Notes under the pieces: model-generated
Database searches by the model: none
What the model was told of the DNA's origin: nothing
What the model saw: only the letters and a program-made list of their open reading frames with translations
Origin: Danionella cerebrum
Taxonomy: Eukaryota
Direction: 5' to 3'
NCBI GenBank assembly: GCA_007224835.1
Contig: SRMA01025353.1
Location: forward strand, 427,535 to 491,534
DNA length: 64,000 bases
Position numbers and translations under genes: made by a program
In this document: one piece after another, positions 11,550 through 22,845 of the stretch
How the letters are laid out: each line of letters opens with the position of its first letter
Numbering within the stretch: the stretch's first letter is position 1

Positions 11550-11739
11550 CTGCCCACTCTGCAGAATTTGATTCCTGTTTCCAGCGAAGATTTCGTCGCA
11601 GTTCCTCGTTTTCTTTGCGCACACGGATCGTCTCCTCCTCGTACTCCAGCAGTACTCCGCCGACCATCTCCATGATCTGCTCCACCGCCGCCATCAGGCG
11701 CTCGTTCACCGCGCGATGCAGCAGCTGCAGCTTCGTCAT
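11550..11739 (-). CDS. ZNF gene 2, first coding exon (N-terminal coiled-coil domain MTKLQLLHRAVNERLMAAVEQIMEMVGGVLLEYEEETIRVRKENEELRRNL...)
   Basis: ATG at 11737-11739 (minus) with an in-frame stop upstream. Phase-1 donor GCAG|GTAACT at 11544-11549. Paralogous to the first exons of genes 1 and 3. Confidence 0.65.
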
Positions 11740-12419
11740 TTTCAGTTTTTTAGTGCGTGTAAACACTTCACAAGCGAAAGAGCTAGCAGTCTCTTTTAGT
11801 TCTCATAGCCAGGATCACCTCCGAGTCGGAAGAGAGAAAATAAACACGTTGGCTGCCACCTAGAGCACTGGAGAAGAACTGTTGTCAGACATTTAAACAT
11901 TTGAATCTAAAATATTAATATGAATCCACAACCTAATGTTGATCAAAGTAACTTTTAGATTAGCTAATAAAATAATATTAATCAATGCTATTTATGGTAT
12001 TACATTAAGCTTATAATGCCAATAAGAACGGTTACATGTGAAGCTGCTTGAGTTGTAGTGATTTCAGCACGATACTTTTGATTTGATGGCTTGTGCCATT
12101 TATAGATAAGTGCAATTCTAAAATATCAAGGCTCAAATCTAGGCAAATATATTAGTTTAAGAGGTATTTATTCCCTAAAGCCACAATTATAAATCTCAGG
12201 GTTTATTAGAAACTACAAGGTAATCAATAATGAATCACGGTCCAGAAACAATCAGGATTGTTTACAGATCATTAAAGATTGACAACAGATAAAGTAGCAT
12301 GGTATTTAAATATTTCACTCTCTGAAAGAATTGTTGTTATTAACAGATTTTATTAAAGATGTCATTAATGTGCATAAATTTTGGCATTTTATGGATTTCA
12401 ATACCTTTTATTGACCTCC

Positions 12420-12900
12420 ATACACAGGTGAGTCCAATTATGAGAAAGTATTAAAGTGTTTTCCATCTTTGCATCTTCTCTAAAGAGGGAGAGCCTCAAA
12501 ACAACTTCCAGATGAGGCTGCAAACCTTGATTGTTCAAGAGCACGGTTTAGAGGAAGGGTATACAGAAGATTTAATCTCTCAGTTTTAACTGTGAGGAAT
12601 TGAAAGGCCAGTTCTAGTTATGGTCCAAAGTGGCAGACCCAGAATAATCTCACATAAACCGAGGCGCAGGATGATGAAAAGTCATGGACAACCCACAGAA
12701 AAGCATTTTGCCTTTTTTCAGAAAACCAACAATTTCTAAAAGAAAATCCTGACAATTTACTGAATGACTTGATCTTGCTTTTAATAGTCGGAGTCATTGC
12801 AGACAAATTGTAGTTCATCATATGGGGATTTTGGTCAGTTTATTCATGTTTAAAAGGCCTTGTAACCATTTATAAGATTTTCATTTCCCAAACAACAAAT
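12420..12900 (+). mobile_element. Internally deleted Tc1/mariner-like element. It retains the transposase N-terminal (paired-like) coding remnant and 3-prime tail.
   Basis: Fragment ...gccagttctagttatggtccaaagtggcagacccagaataatctcacataaaccgaggcgcaggatgatgaaaagtcatggacaacccacag translates to the SGRPRKIS..RRMM..V.DNPQT motif of Tc1 transposases. The tail resembles the 16.6-16.9 kb copy. Confidence 0.55.
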
Positions 12901-13173
12901 ATTTTCACAATGCAATCAGACACAACTCCTTTAAAGAAACAGATCTGAGGTGATTGCTGCAGTCTCTAGCATTAAAAAAAATCTTTATATTAAATAAATA
13001 TTTTGATAGAGGTGAAATAATTTGTTAGTGTGCCAGTAATCTATATCTAAGCTCGATCATCTTCTGTAACTTGTTAGCGTCTACTTTTCATACTTGGAAG
13101 ACAATAAATAAATAAATAAAGCATCTAAAAAAAGTGTAACTTCAGTTCTCTGTCCCACAGGAAGTTCATCTGA

Positions 13174-13976
13174 TCACTCAAAGGAAAGCAAGTGCTCCTC
13201 TTCGTGCAGAGCTCCCGCTGGTTCTTCACTTGTCCTCTGGCAGATGCGCTCATGTCTCCTCATGTTCCCACTCTGGCTGAAGGTCTTTGAGCACCAATTG
13301 CAGCGGTACGGCCGTTCCCCGGTGTGCGTTCGCATATGCATCCGAAGGTAATCAAACTTTGAAAAGTTTCTTCCACACCAGTGACAGATGAAGGACCTCT
13401 CGTGCAATTTTTTGTGCAACTGCAGCTTTGACAAGTCTTTCAGATGCCTTCCGCACTTGTTGCACTTATACGGCCCTTCGTTATCATCGTCATCATCCAG
13501 ATCGAGATTTATTGCAGATGCCACTCTTGCTCTGGCAAACCGTGCACGAAGCCAGTCCTTCTGCGGTGGTCTCCTCAGTGTTTCAGTGACTCTTCTCAGC
13601 CGCTGACTGGTTTCTGAGGCTATATTTGAGTTGCCGTGTGCAGGGGTTGTGGTAACTGATGATGTTATCGTGATGACCGTCTCTTCCGTTTCAGATTTTA
13701 TTCTTGGGGTTGCTGCAGTGTTCACAGCCTCCTCGAAACTGGCGTCAAACTGTGGGAATGTCTGCCGCTCATCTGCGGATAAGGCATCTTTAAGGTCACC
13801 GTGGACTATCTCGGACTTACAGACTGAAACAATGTCTAGCATCGGCGTCTCCAAACAGCCCGGTGACACTTGAATTGGGACACTGTCTTCAGTTTGCTGA
13901 TTCTTTTCTGATTCAGATGAAGTCTTGATGATGCGCGGTGGCAATTCTGATGCTGTGAGTTCAACAGGAACCTTTC
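13174..13976 (-). CDS. ZNF gene 3, exon 2. Ser/Thr/acidic region plus three tandem C2H2 fingers (YKCNKCGRHLKDLSKLQLHKKLH; FICHWCGRNFSKFDYLRMHMRTH; YRCNWCSKTFSQSGNMRRHERIC).
   Basis: Acceptor ttaatctatggtttcag|GA (phase 1) is in frame with the exon 1 donor. Canonical H/C links TGERPY. Stop at 13174-13176. Confidence 0.75.
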
Positions 13977-14158
13977 CTGAAACCATAGATTAATTGCATG
14001 GTACTATTAGAGCATTTTAAGAAGCTGCAGTCATTTATACCACAAAACTACAATTTTCTCCAACTTCTGCACAGTACTGTATTGGTAACCGCTAATTAAA
14101 CACACCAATATTTTATATTTATACAAATACAAATGACTCAATATAAACTGCCACGTAC

Positions 14159-14348
14159 CGTTTAATCGAGTCTCGTTCCTGCTCAGAGCATCCTCCAGCT
14201 GCTGTTGGAGTCTCGCGTTTTCTAACCGTGTTTGGGCTGCTTCCTTCTGGTAGATGTTCACCGTCGCTTCAACCTCCACCCAGATCTCACGAATGACGAT
14301 AGACATCCGCTTCATTAGAGCGGAATGTAGCTTATCCAGTCTTGACAT
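14159..14348 (-). CDS. ZNF gene 3, first coding exon (N-terminal coiled-coil domain MSRLDKLHSALMKRMSIVIREIWVEVEATVNIYQKEAAQTRLENARLQQQLEDALSRNETRLN)
   Basis: ATG at 14346-14348 (minus). Consensus phase-1 donor AAACG|GTACGT at 14153-14158. Confidence 0.75.
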
Positions 14349-15234
14349 TTTCAAAGCGTAAATGTAAAACAAATCCGCTAAAAGTGCGTATAACAGACCT
14401 TATAAACACTTGTTTTTTCGTGGCCGTTTCAACAGCTACCCGAAGACTCTAGGTACTCACTACTGCCACCTGATGTACTGTAGAGCAACCGTCGTCGTCC
14501 TCGATCGATGGTTCTGATCTATAGTATATTTAACCCATAAATATACAAAATATTTAATCATAAATATATCTAAGATTTAATAATTTTCTAAAGTATATGC
14601 TTTAAATGTCCATCATTTCATTCGGACATTATTCAGCCGAACATAAATCATCCGAGTGGCAATTAGCTTAACAAAGAGGGCGTAAAATACAAATAAAAGC
14701 TTACCAGAAAGTCATGGTTATTTATAATTCCAAGACACAGGGTAATCACGGGAGACAATACGGATATCTTCACAAAATCTGCAAAAAAATATTATTATAT
14801 ATTATAAATTAAGCCACAAGAGGACGCTCCTGTTTCGTATTTGAGTCTACAAGGCATTCATTTATAATAATACAGTACTCTTAATAATAGTCTTCATAAT
14901 TAGCATACGAGTTAAGCCATTATATTTACCGGTACTTTTACAATTTAAAACAAGACTGTTTTCCTTGTGACAAATTTTAGGACATACTAATAACCAGCCA
15001 ATAATACATAATCTTCTCAGAAACATAGCATTCGTTTACATTTTATACATGTTACTATTAATAATACATTAAAATCGAAACTGCTGTGTGATGTTCTTGC
15101 ATGTAAAAAAAAAAATAATAATATCATGAGGTAAAAATTGTGTTTTTAGGAGGATATTTTTTTTTAATTCACTACTTTAAGTAGTGAAAAAGTTTTTACT
15201 TTATTCACTGTGCTGGCAGATACTTATTCATGAT

Positions 15235-15335
15235 GTACTACAACAGGGAGGCGTGTAATTGGAGGCAAATATTTTCTGCAGCAGGACAATGACCCCAAAC
15301 ACACAGCCATATAGCCCACAGGGGTCAAGAACATT
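15235..15335 (+). mobile_element. Tc1-like transposase DDE-domain fragment (…QQDNDPKHT…)
   Basis: ctgcagcaggacaatgaccccaaacacacagcc encodes LQQDNDPKHTA, which is diagnostic of Tc1/mariner catalytic domains. Confidence 0.6.
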
Positions 15336-16156
15336 TGCACATTACTGTACAAGATGATTTCTTAGAAGCATTTTAGAAGGTTTAAGCATCATTATTACCA
15401 GTAAGTTTCAGCACTGCCATGTATTTTGTAATTAATCAGCTAAGCTTTTAAACGTTAAAAGTGCATTTCTTCTCACTGGACGTGTCTTCCCGTCTGCTAC
15501 TCAAAAATACCCCCCTTTCAATCACTGTCTCCGTTGCAATGCTTCAACTTTAAACCAGTCTCTCTGCAGCTCCCATTAACCTAACTCACTCACACTCACA
15601 CCGTCTCCAGAGCCTTTTAATAATGCATGCCACTATACAATTCAAATGAGATAGATTTTTAAGCACAGTCGTGAAGTATGAGCTCAGGCATCCTCCCTCC
15701 ATCCTGCATCCAGCCCGTCCTCTCACTTTCCTCCTCGCCTAACAACCGTTGCCCTGGAAACTGTTACGTCCTGGAGACATATGCGGTAGAGATGAAACAG
15801 TGCTGAGGGAAAGAATGTCCAACAGAGAACCAGCAATGAGAGACCTGAAAGGTGTTGTTAGTGACAGAAAAGGACTAGACGACGGTGGCATAATAAGAGA
15901 GACTTTACTGGACTCATTGATGCACTATCAGAGGATCTATGACATCTAGCCAACTCTTCAGATACACATCGTTGCTCCAAAGCAATTTGTTAAGGCATGC
16001 ACAGGCAGGTCTGGATAAATTAGGTTTATATTTGCAAGAACACTTCTCATAATTTTCCAAATGCAGCTGAGTTTTTCAGGGCAAAAAAACACAAGGCTAC
16101 TTCACACCCATAAATACTTGAGATACAAACATGACCTCAGAGCTGGAGTCTTGAAT

Positions 16157-16880
16157 ACTGTCGTGTGCAAAAGTTTCACAATTTTCCTTTATAAATTTCT
16201 TTGCATCTTCTCTAAAGATTGGAACATGGGCGCCTCAAAACGACTCTCAGATGAGCTGAAAACATTGAGTGTTGAAGATCGTGTTTTAAGGGGAAGGTTA
16301 CATTAAGCTCTCAGAGATTTGAAAAACTGTGAGGAACATTTTGCACGATTGGAAGACCAGAAGCACAGTTCTAGTAAAGGCCCGAAGTGACAGATCAAGA
16401 AAATCTCAGATAAGCAGAGGCACAGAATGGTGAGAACTGTCACGGACAACCCACAGACCAGCTACAAAAACCTACAACATCATCATCTTGCTGCAGATGG
16501 CATCTCTTTGCATCAGCGCACTTTACACAAAAAGATGCTGAAGCACATTTGGACAAGCCAGATTCATTTTAAGATGAAATAATTCATTTTAAGAGTTAGT
16601 TGGGCCGTCAAACCTGACTAGAGATGTTCCGATCCAAATTACCTTCTGCCAGAATCTGAAACCGTTCTGAGGCTGTTCTTTCAGCAAAAGGATGATGCAC
16701 AAAATACTTAATTTTTCTTTGGTGGTGCCTAAATTTATGCACATGCCTAATTTTGTTTAAATAATTCTTGCACACTTTGCACAAATCACTTCTCAAGGAT
16801 CAGTATTTAACTGAAATTTCTTATCCTGACAGATTTATGAAGGAAAATCCTGAAAATGTGGAGGGGTCCCCAAACCTTTG
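16157..16880 (+). mobile_element. Non-autonomous (internally deleted) Tc1-like element with degenerate 5-prime TIR, transposase N-terminal remnant and 3-prime TIR
   Basis: The 5-prime end tactgtcgtgtgcaaaagtttcac matches the inverted 3-prime end ggggtccccaaacctttgcacaccactgta. The interior encodes ...SGRPRKISDKQRHRMVRTVTDNPQTSYKNLQHHLAADGISLHQRTLHKKMLKHI.. and then jumps straight to the tail. Confidence 0.65.
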
Positions 16881-17914
16881 CACACCACTGTATCTGTGAT
16901 GAATAGAAAAGTTATGAAACGTATTTTTATCTGTAGGTAAACATGCTTTAAGATCATAGTTGTAGCATAGACAGCAAACAAAACAGACAGCAGCAATTGA
17001 AAATACAAACCAGTCAAAATACTAAACATAGGTTCATTGAAAGCACTGCAGTGTTAACAGTCAAGAGTTGCGTCACGAATATCAAAGAGATTCAGATCAC
17101 ATGACATAAATAGAAGCAGGATCTATATGTACAGACACATATATACAAACAGGTATACCTACGTATACATATATACAAGCAGATACAATATAAATATATT
17201 TACGTAAAGAAAGTACAGAAGGCATTCGCTGACGGCACGAGTGTGATCTGGTGTGCATGCACTCATTCATATTTCAGTGTTGGAGCAGCCAAAAAGTCCA
17301 TTTCAGACCCATTTCATCATGCAGGATGTACCTTCTGCAAAGTTCGTATCCATAGTGGAAAAACCAAAGCTGATTGGAGCTGGTTTACCGTGTTCCGAGG
17401 CACAGCTTGAGCTGGTTTGTCCACCAGGGTTCACTACCCAAGATACTGTCTGTGAGGTTTTCGTACCGATTAAGACTTCACTTATTTACAAAGTGCTACG
17501 CAAGAAATACTTTGCCTCTAGGACAACATAAAATATTGTAAAGGAGGAATCTGTGATTGATTCTAAACAATCTTTTTGGTCGTTGTCTGAGGTCGATAAT
17601 GGAACGTTTCGCTTGTTCAGTGCTACATCGCTCTCCATCAGGGTCTCTTACTAAAGGAGGAGGCTTCAGTTTGCTGCAAATGAAAGCGACATGGAAACAA
17701 GGAAATTGGCACCCCCTGTAAACCCTGGTCCCGTAACTGATAATGATTCAGTTGAGACCAATTGGAGCTTGAGACCAATGAAGGGGAGGAGCTACAGAAC
17801 ATTGGAGGTTAAGGATAGGGAGTAGAGTTAGTAGAGTCAATAGCCCCTCCCATCTGGTACTCGGTGAAGCTGATCTTCTCTGATGCTCTGCAGCGGCACC
17901 ATCTCAATTCGTTT

Positions 17915-19012
17915 TAGACAGGTGTGAAAAATGGAAATCACATTAATATTTTTGCTTTTAAACTAGGAATTCTTCTAGGCACACTTGCACAAAGTCTGGG
18001 ATTTTGCCGGATTATATTAAATCAAACAGGTGCTAAAGATCATAAGTCAAAACCCAAGCATGAACTGAAGGAATGAGGTGAGGACTGGCCAAACTCAGCA
18101 ACCAAAGAAGGCAAAAATGAGCTCAGCAACAACACACAAGGTAGTTTTACCGGAGCAACAAGGTCACTCCCAAACAAAGATTCCAAAGCAGACTGGGGTT
18201 TCAAGATGTGATGCACAAAGAAATGGAGCTGGAGATCGTAAAGCAAGGAAACTTGGGCAAATCAAGCTAATTATGAAATCAGAAGATGTCCATCAACTCA
18301 GAACTGGCAGAAACCAGTGGGACCTGTCTACTTTCCATCTAGTTTTGGCAAATACAACAGAGTATCCAATCAGGAGTAGTTGATATTGTATAGCGGGCAG
18401 TGAAGTAAGAGTCTCATCCAGATGTGGTTTGGATATAGTACCATTTCAATCCTCAAAAAATAATAATAATAAAGGGCAAGGTGTACAGAGAAGGAAGCTA
18501 CTCTCTAAAGAAGAAGAAACCTACTCCCTAAACAGGTACTGAGCCTGCTGGGAGGCAAGAGGAAGCAACCAGAGCACCTCCCACCCACAATAACAGACAA
18601 CCAGGGACCCACATATCCACAAAAACACAGGAACTTGGGTAGAGAAAAATAACACCAGGCGTTATAGAAGATCTGCAGGAAACAGTTAAGCATGGTGGAG
18701 GTTCCTTGATCGTGTGAGTCTGCATTTCCACAAATTGAGTTGGAGATTTGGAGTTCTCAATGCTGAGAAATACTGATAGATACTTCTCCATCATAACGAG
18801 CATCAGGGAGGCACATGGCTCAAAAATTAGTATGCAACAGCATCTGGGATTACAAAAAAACCACATCCAAAGAAGATCCAGGGTTAGCTCTCCAAGATGT
18901 TTGGAACAAGCCGAAGTCCTTCAAAAACTGTGTGCAAGTGTGGATGGAAGCGCCGCGGCTAGTTTGAAGGTAAAGGGGGATTGCGCCAAATGTTTTATTT
19001 TTTCACACCTGC
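17915..19012 (+). mobile_element. Degenerate Tc1-like DNA transposon with short TIRs (caggtgtgaaaaa ... tttttcacacctg) and a frameshifted transposase remnant
   Basis: The left end acaggtgtgaaaaatgg is inverted at the right end ttttttcacacctgcc. The interior has TVKHGGGSLIV (gttaagcatggtggaggttccttgatcgtg) and a C-terminal ...AAASLKVKGD motif, both typical of Tc1 transposase. Confidence 0.6.
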
Positions 19013-19264
19013 CTAATTATAGATCAATGGTTAATTTCTTTATCTATTGTTAGCTTGCATTTGTGATGTCATTTCCTGTTTCAGTCACAAGCATGCCCCA
19101 CCTCAGCACGAGTCTTGGCTGAGTCCGTGTTTTGGCACAGTTGGATGTGGCCAGAAGGGAAAGGAAAGAGATCGCTGCTTCATTAGTAGAATCATTAGTT
19201 TTTGCTCTTCGATAATTTTTCACATTGTTTCTGTTCGCCTTGAAGGGTCTGGCTGAGTATCCCT

Positions 19265-19460
19265 TTGACGAAGAAGGCAGGGGGGTGGGGTGGGGGGGTA
19301 TGATATTGGTTTCCACTCTCACTCACATACACACACAAGCAGCCAATGAGAAGCAGCATGGTTCCCTCTCAGCTCTGCTGCATTCCCTCCATCTCTAGGG
19401 TATCTTTTCATCTGAAGCCACCCCCCTCCCCTCCTCCCCCTTGATCCTTCTCTTCTCTCC
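19265..19460. repeat. Low-complexity G-run (gggggtggggtgggggggt) followed ~130 bp later by a same-strand C-run (cccccctcccctcctccccc)
   Basis: Direct reading at 19283-19301 and 19416-19440. Potential G-quadruplex / i-motif forming tracts. Confidence 0.8.
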
Positions 19461-20499
19461 CTCCATCCTCCCATCTGCGTGAAACAAAAGACTGCAGCCT
19501 GGTCTCGATCTTTCCTGAGATGTCTTCCCCTCTTCCTTTGTCGCTCTATGCAGGCTTAAGATATTCATCTTCTCTTGCGTCTTAATCTACGCATCTGAAA
19601 GCCGCATAGGAGTTCAACGTCGAGAGGCTCGTTTGTCTGTTCATGTCCGATAAGAGATGAAGTGTAGATTTAAGAATAGAAAGAGCACTCTTCCCTAAGT
19701 ACACATCCATCACGGGAAATAAGAAAACCAAGAGGAGCTCTTAGAGTAATCGAACTTATCAGTAGCCAATAAAAAAGCTTTCTGCTATTTAATACAATCA
19801 AACGGACTTTAGTGTGAGCTCTGCGTTACTGGAGAGGTCGTGTGCGTAAACATTTTCACCAAAAACGCTCCTCTTCCATCACATATTCTTCACTTCCCTC
19901 AGATTCTGACGAGCGCGGCGAGATCATCTTTCTGACATGTTCTGGAAGGAGGAGTCCTTTGTTGATTATCAAACCCAACACTGATGCATGTCACTGTTGA
20001 TGAGGTTTGGGAGCTCAAAAAGGTGCTAAAAAGGTCCATGCTGCGTTTGATAATGTAAAAAGATAACGGTAGCATCCTGCTTTGGTCTTCAGAGGGAGAA
20101 TTAAAATGGTTTAAAAGTAGGCAAATGAGACATGGAAGAAGAAAAAGATCATGGATTGGTTGTGAAGCTTGGACATTTTACTTCATTGCGATGGCAGTCA
20201 GGTCTTAAGTATTACTGAAAAAAGAGGAAAAAGAGTTAAGTTGACTTTTTTTAAATGCAGTTAAAGTTAATAAACATCTCAAAAAGTTTTCTAGGTTGCA
20301 AACATCCATCAATCACTGGATATTTTCTTTTTTTTTTTTTTTTTTGTAAACCATTCTCTGTAAACCCTAGAGATGCTGGTGCATAAAAATCTTAACAGAT
20401 CAACAGTTTCTGAAATTCTCAGACCGACTCGTCTGGCAACAACTACAAATCGTTTAAATCATCGTCCCCAATCTGATGCTCGTTTTTAACCGCAGCAGA

Positions 20500-20615
20500 T
20501 CGTCTTCACCGGGCCTAAATGCATTGAGTTGCTGCCGTGTGATGGGCTGGTTAAAAATTTGCATCAACGGGCAGTCCGACAGGTGTACCTAATAAAGTGG
20601 CCAGTGAGTTTATGA
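20500..20615. repeat. Interspersed repeat fragment (…caggtgtacctaataaagtggccagtgagt…), a common teleost/zebrafish repeat motif
   Basis: Motif recognition only. Confidence 0.3.
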
Positions 20616-20753
20616 CACGTCTATAGTTAAATCCTCTGTTATTATGTTAAACGTTGTGCAATAATCAAGAAGTTCACAATCAAATCTGATTTACTTCCAG
20701 ACCATAACCAACAGTTTCACCCAAGGCTTACTTTGGATGTGAAGGATACTCAC

Positions 20754-20886
20754 CGCCCCAATTAATCACGATAGTAACAATGATGATGATGATCCCGCCA
20801 ATCAATGACACGATGGAGAGGATTTTTGCATTCTTGCCAAGACGACGTGCGCCATCCACGTTTCCTTGCTGCAGACTGTTACGAGA
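20754..20886 (-). CDS. prrt2: prrt2-like (CD225/dispanin), penultimate coding exon ([44 protein letters not shown])
   Basis: Acceptor cacatttttag|TCT (phase 0) and donor GGCG|GTGAGT at 20748-20753. Near-identical to the human PRRT2 C-terminal transmembrane region [21 protein letters not shown].... A tiny last exon lies further downstream and was not located. Confidence 0.7.
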
Positions 20887-20989
20887 CTAAAAATGTGAAT
20901 GAAATCCAATGAGAATTTTATCAAAATCACAACAGAAACGTTCCAAATGACCCTGAGCAAAAATTTACATATTAATATCAAATCAATGA

Positions 20990-21650
20990 CAGCCTGACGT
21001 CTCTTGAGGTACTTGATGATGAGGTAAAGCAGGACATTCTTCTTGGAAAGAACTCTTGTAAATTCTTGCATGAACGGCACATTTGAGTTCTCCCTAGAGT
21101 GGTTCAATGCTATTGAGGTCAGAAGCCTCAGACGGTTCCTCCAGAACCTTCTTCGTTCTGGTGGTACTAGTGACACCTGGACTTGGCCTTGTGATTCAGA
21201 TCGTTGTTGTGTTGGAATCTCCAGTAACGTCCCATGCTCATCTTCCTGGCTGATGATGCACATTTTCCTCCAGAATCCTTTGGGACCATGCTGCTTTCAT
21301 CTTCAGTGAATCCGCAAAAAACATCAGTGACCCGCCTCCATGCTTCACAGTGGTGTTCCGTTCATGTGGACTCCTCTCCAAATGTAACGTTTATGGTTGT
21401 GGCCAAAAAGTAAAAGTCTCATTTCTCCGTAGATCCTATCACAGGTCTTTTGCTTTCCCCATCGTTCAGAATTCAGAAATGTCGCCGCATCATTGGTCTA
21501 TCAGGAGCCTGAAACTCAGAAACCTTTTCTGCACAAACATTGATTGAGTTGAGGATGGCTGTCTTTACCAGTCACTCAAATCCTTCTGTGTCAGTTTTTC
21601 TGCATGTTATCAGGCAAAGAATCACAAGGGTGTGCAAACTTTTGGAAAAA
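20990..21650 (-). mobile_element. Tc1-like transposon fragment in reverse orientation, inside the prrt2 intron. It terminates in caagggtgtgcaaacttttgg.
   Basis: The plus-strand ORF 21043..21309 is the antisense read of transposase and resembles the antisense ORF at 54497..54811. The gtgtgcaaa TIR-like end is at ~21630. Confidence 0.5.
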
Positions 21651-22198
21651 ATTTGGAAAGTTTCCATTCATATGTTCTTAAAAAATGGCCAAGAAATTAG
21701 AAAATGTTGCCAGGGAGTGTAAGCTAACGAGCACGACTGTACATTAATCTCTGCAGGCCACTAAGAAGATTTCAAAATAACAGACTGCACAATGACGGAA
21801 GAGGCGTGGCATTAAAACCAAATATCACCACACACACTTCTGAACATTTGGGAAAGCCAACGCTAATCTGCAGTTTGTCCAAAACTCTTCAAGCAATGTT
21901 TACAATCGAACCCTCCAAAGAGCGATCCATAATGATGAGGACCCCATTTCAAAGCTTCAGCAATTACCAAATGTATGCATCAATGTTCTGAAAATAACTC
22001 TGCACCTTTTTCGTAGAGAGTTTTCCAAGACTAAAGGCTGATCATCTCATGGCTGTACATCAACTTGGAACAACTTGCACCGGTTTTTGAATTCTGTTTT
22101 CATCCCAACTTGGGAGGAATTGCGAATTCAAGATTCTTGAATTGCATACACAAGACAAAGAAATGGAATTGAAACTTAAAGAAAAGTGGAGCACCCAC

Positions 22199-22491
22199 CA
22201 TCACAGAGAACGTCAAGCCAACGATGTTGATGGGCCAAACGGGGCAGAGGCAGGCCAGAATGGCCCATACAAGATAGTCATTGGGTTTGGCTGCATCTGC
22301 TCCGGGATCGGTGGCTGCGCTGGGCTGTCGGGAGAGGGATGGTCGGGGCGAACCCCCATGACTCACTGACCCCGAGCGACTGCTGAGCCTAGCACGACCG
22401 TTTGCATGCGAGCTGCTGGGTTTGGCATGCTGTTGACGTGGAGATGAACTGGATGGAGGGCTGTCTGTAGGAGCCGTGCATACGCCGTTAC
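22199..22491 (-). CDS. prrt2: prrt2-like, central exon: Pro/Ser-rich region plus the first CD225 transmembrane segment (KPNDYLVWAILACLCPVWPINIVGLTFSVM)
   Basis: Acceptor tctccctcatctccataacag|GT (phase 1) and donor ATG|GTGGGT (22193-22198). The segment matches the PRRT2 motif DY-ILAILSCFCPMWPVNIVAF. Confidence 0.7.
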
Positions 22492-22600
22492 CTGTTATGG
22501 AGATGAGGGAGAGATACATAAGAGACTTCTTTCCTATTCAGTCAAGGAAGGATGTCCAACAAGCCGTACAAGGTACTGAACATTCCCAAATAACTTACTT

Positions 22601-22845
22601 GTTTCCATCCTCTCATCGATGACGGCTAGGTGATCTTTGGGTGGGGCATCCAATGAAGGGGCGGAGTCTGTAGCCGCAGGAGTAGGTGCTGTGGCTGGAG
22701 CTGGATCTTGTTGCTCATTCTGTATTGGCTGGGAGGTGATGGGTGTGTTGTCCGAGTCTGTTTGTGGTTGTTGACTGGTTTCTGGCTCTGATGTTTGCTT
22801 TGCCTCCGCAGCAGCGGTAACGCTGGCATCAGTGTTTAAATCCAT
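22601..22845 (-). CDS. prrt2: prrt2-like, first coding exon (MDLNTDASVTAAAEAKQTSEPE... Pro/Ala/Thr-rich N-terminus)
   Basis: ATG at 22843-22845 (minus). The ORF-track start is TTG. Consensus donor ACAA|GTAAGT at 22595-22600 (phase 1). Confidence 0.55.

Noticed and set aside
21043-21309. 88-aa plus ORF (MERTLVNSCMNGTFEFSLEWFNAIEVRSLRR…), similar to the minus ORF at 54497..54811
   Set aside because: Both are antisense translations of Tc1 transposase DNA. The similarity reflects the repeat, not a gene family.
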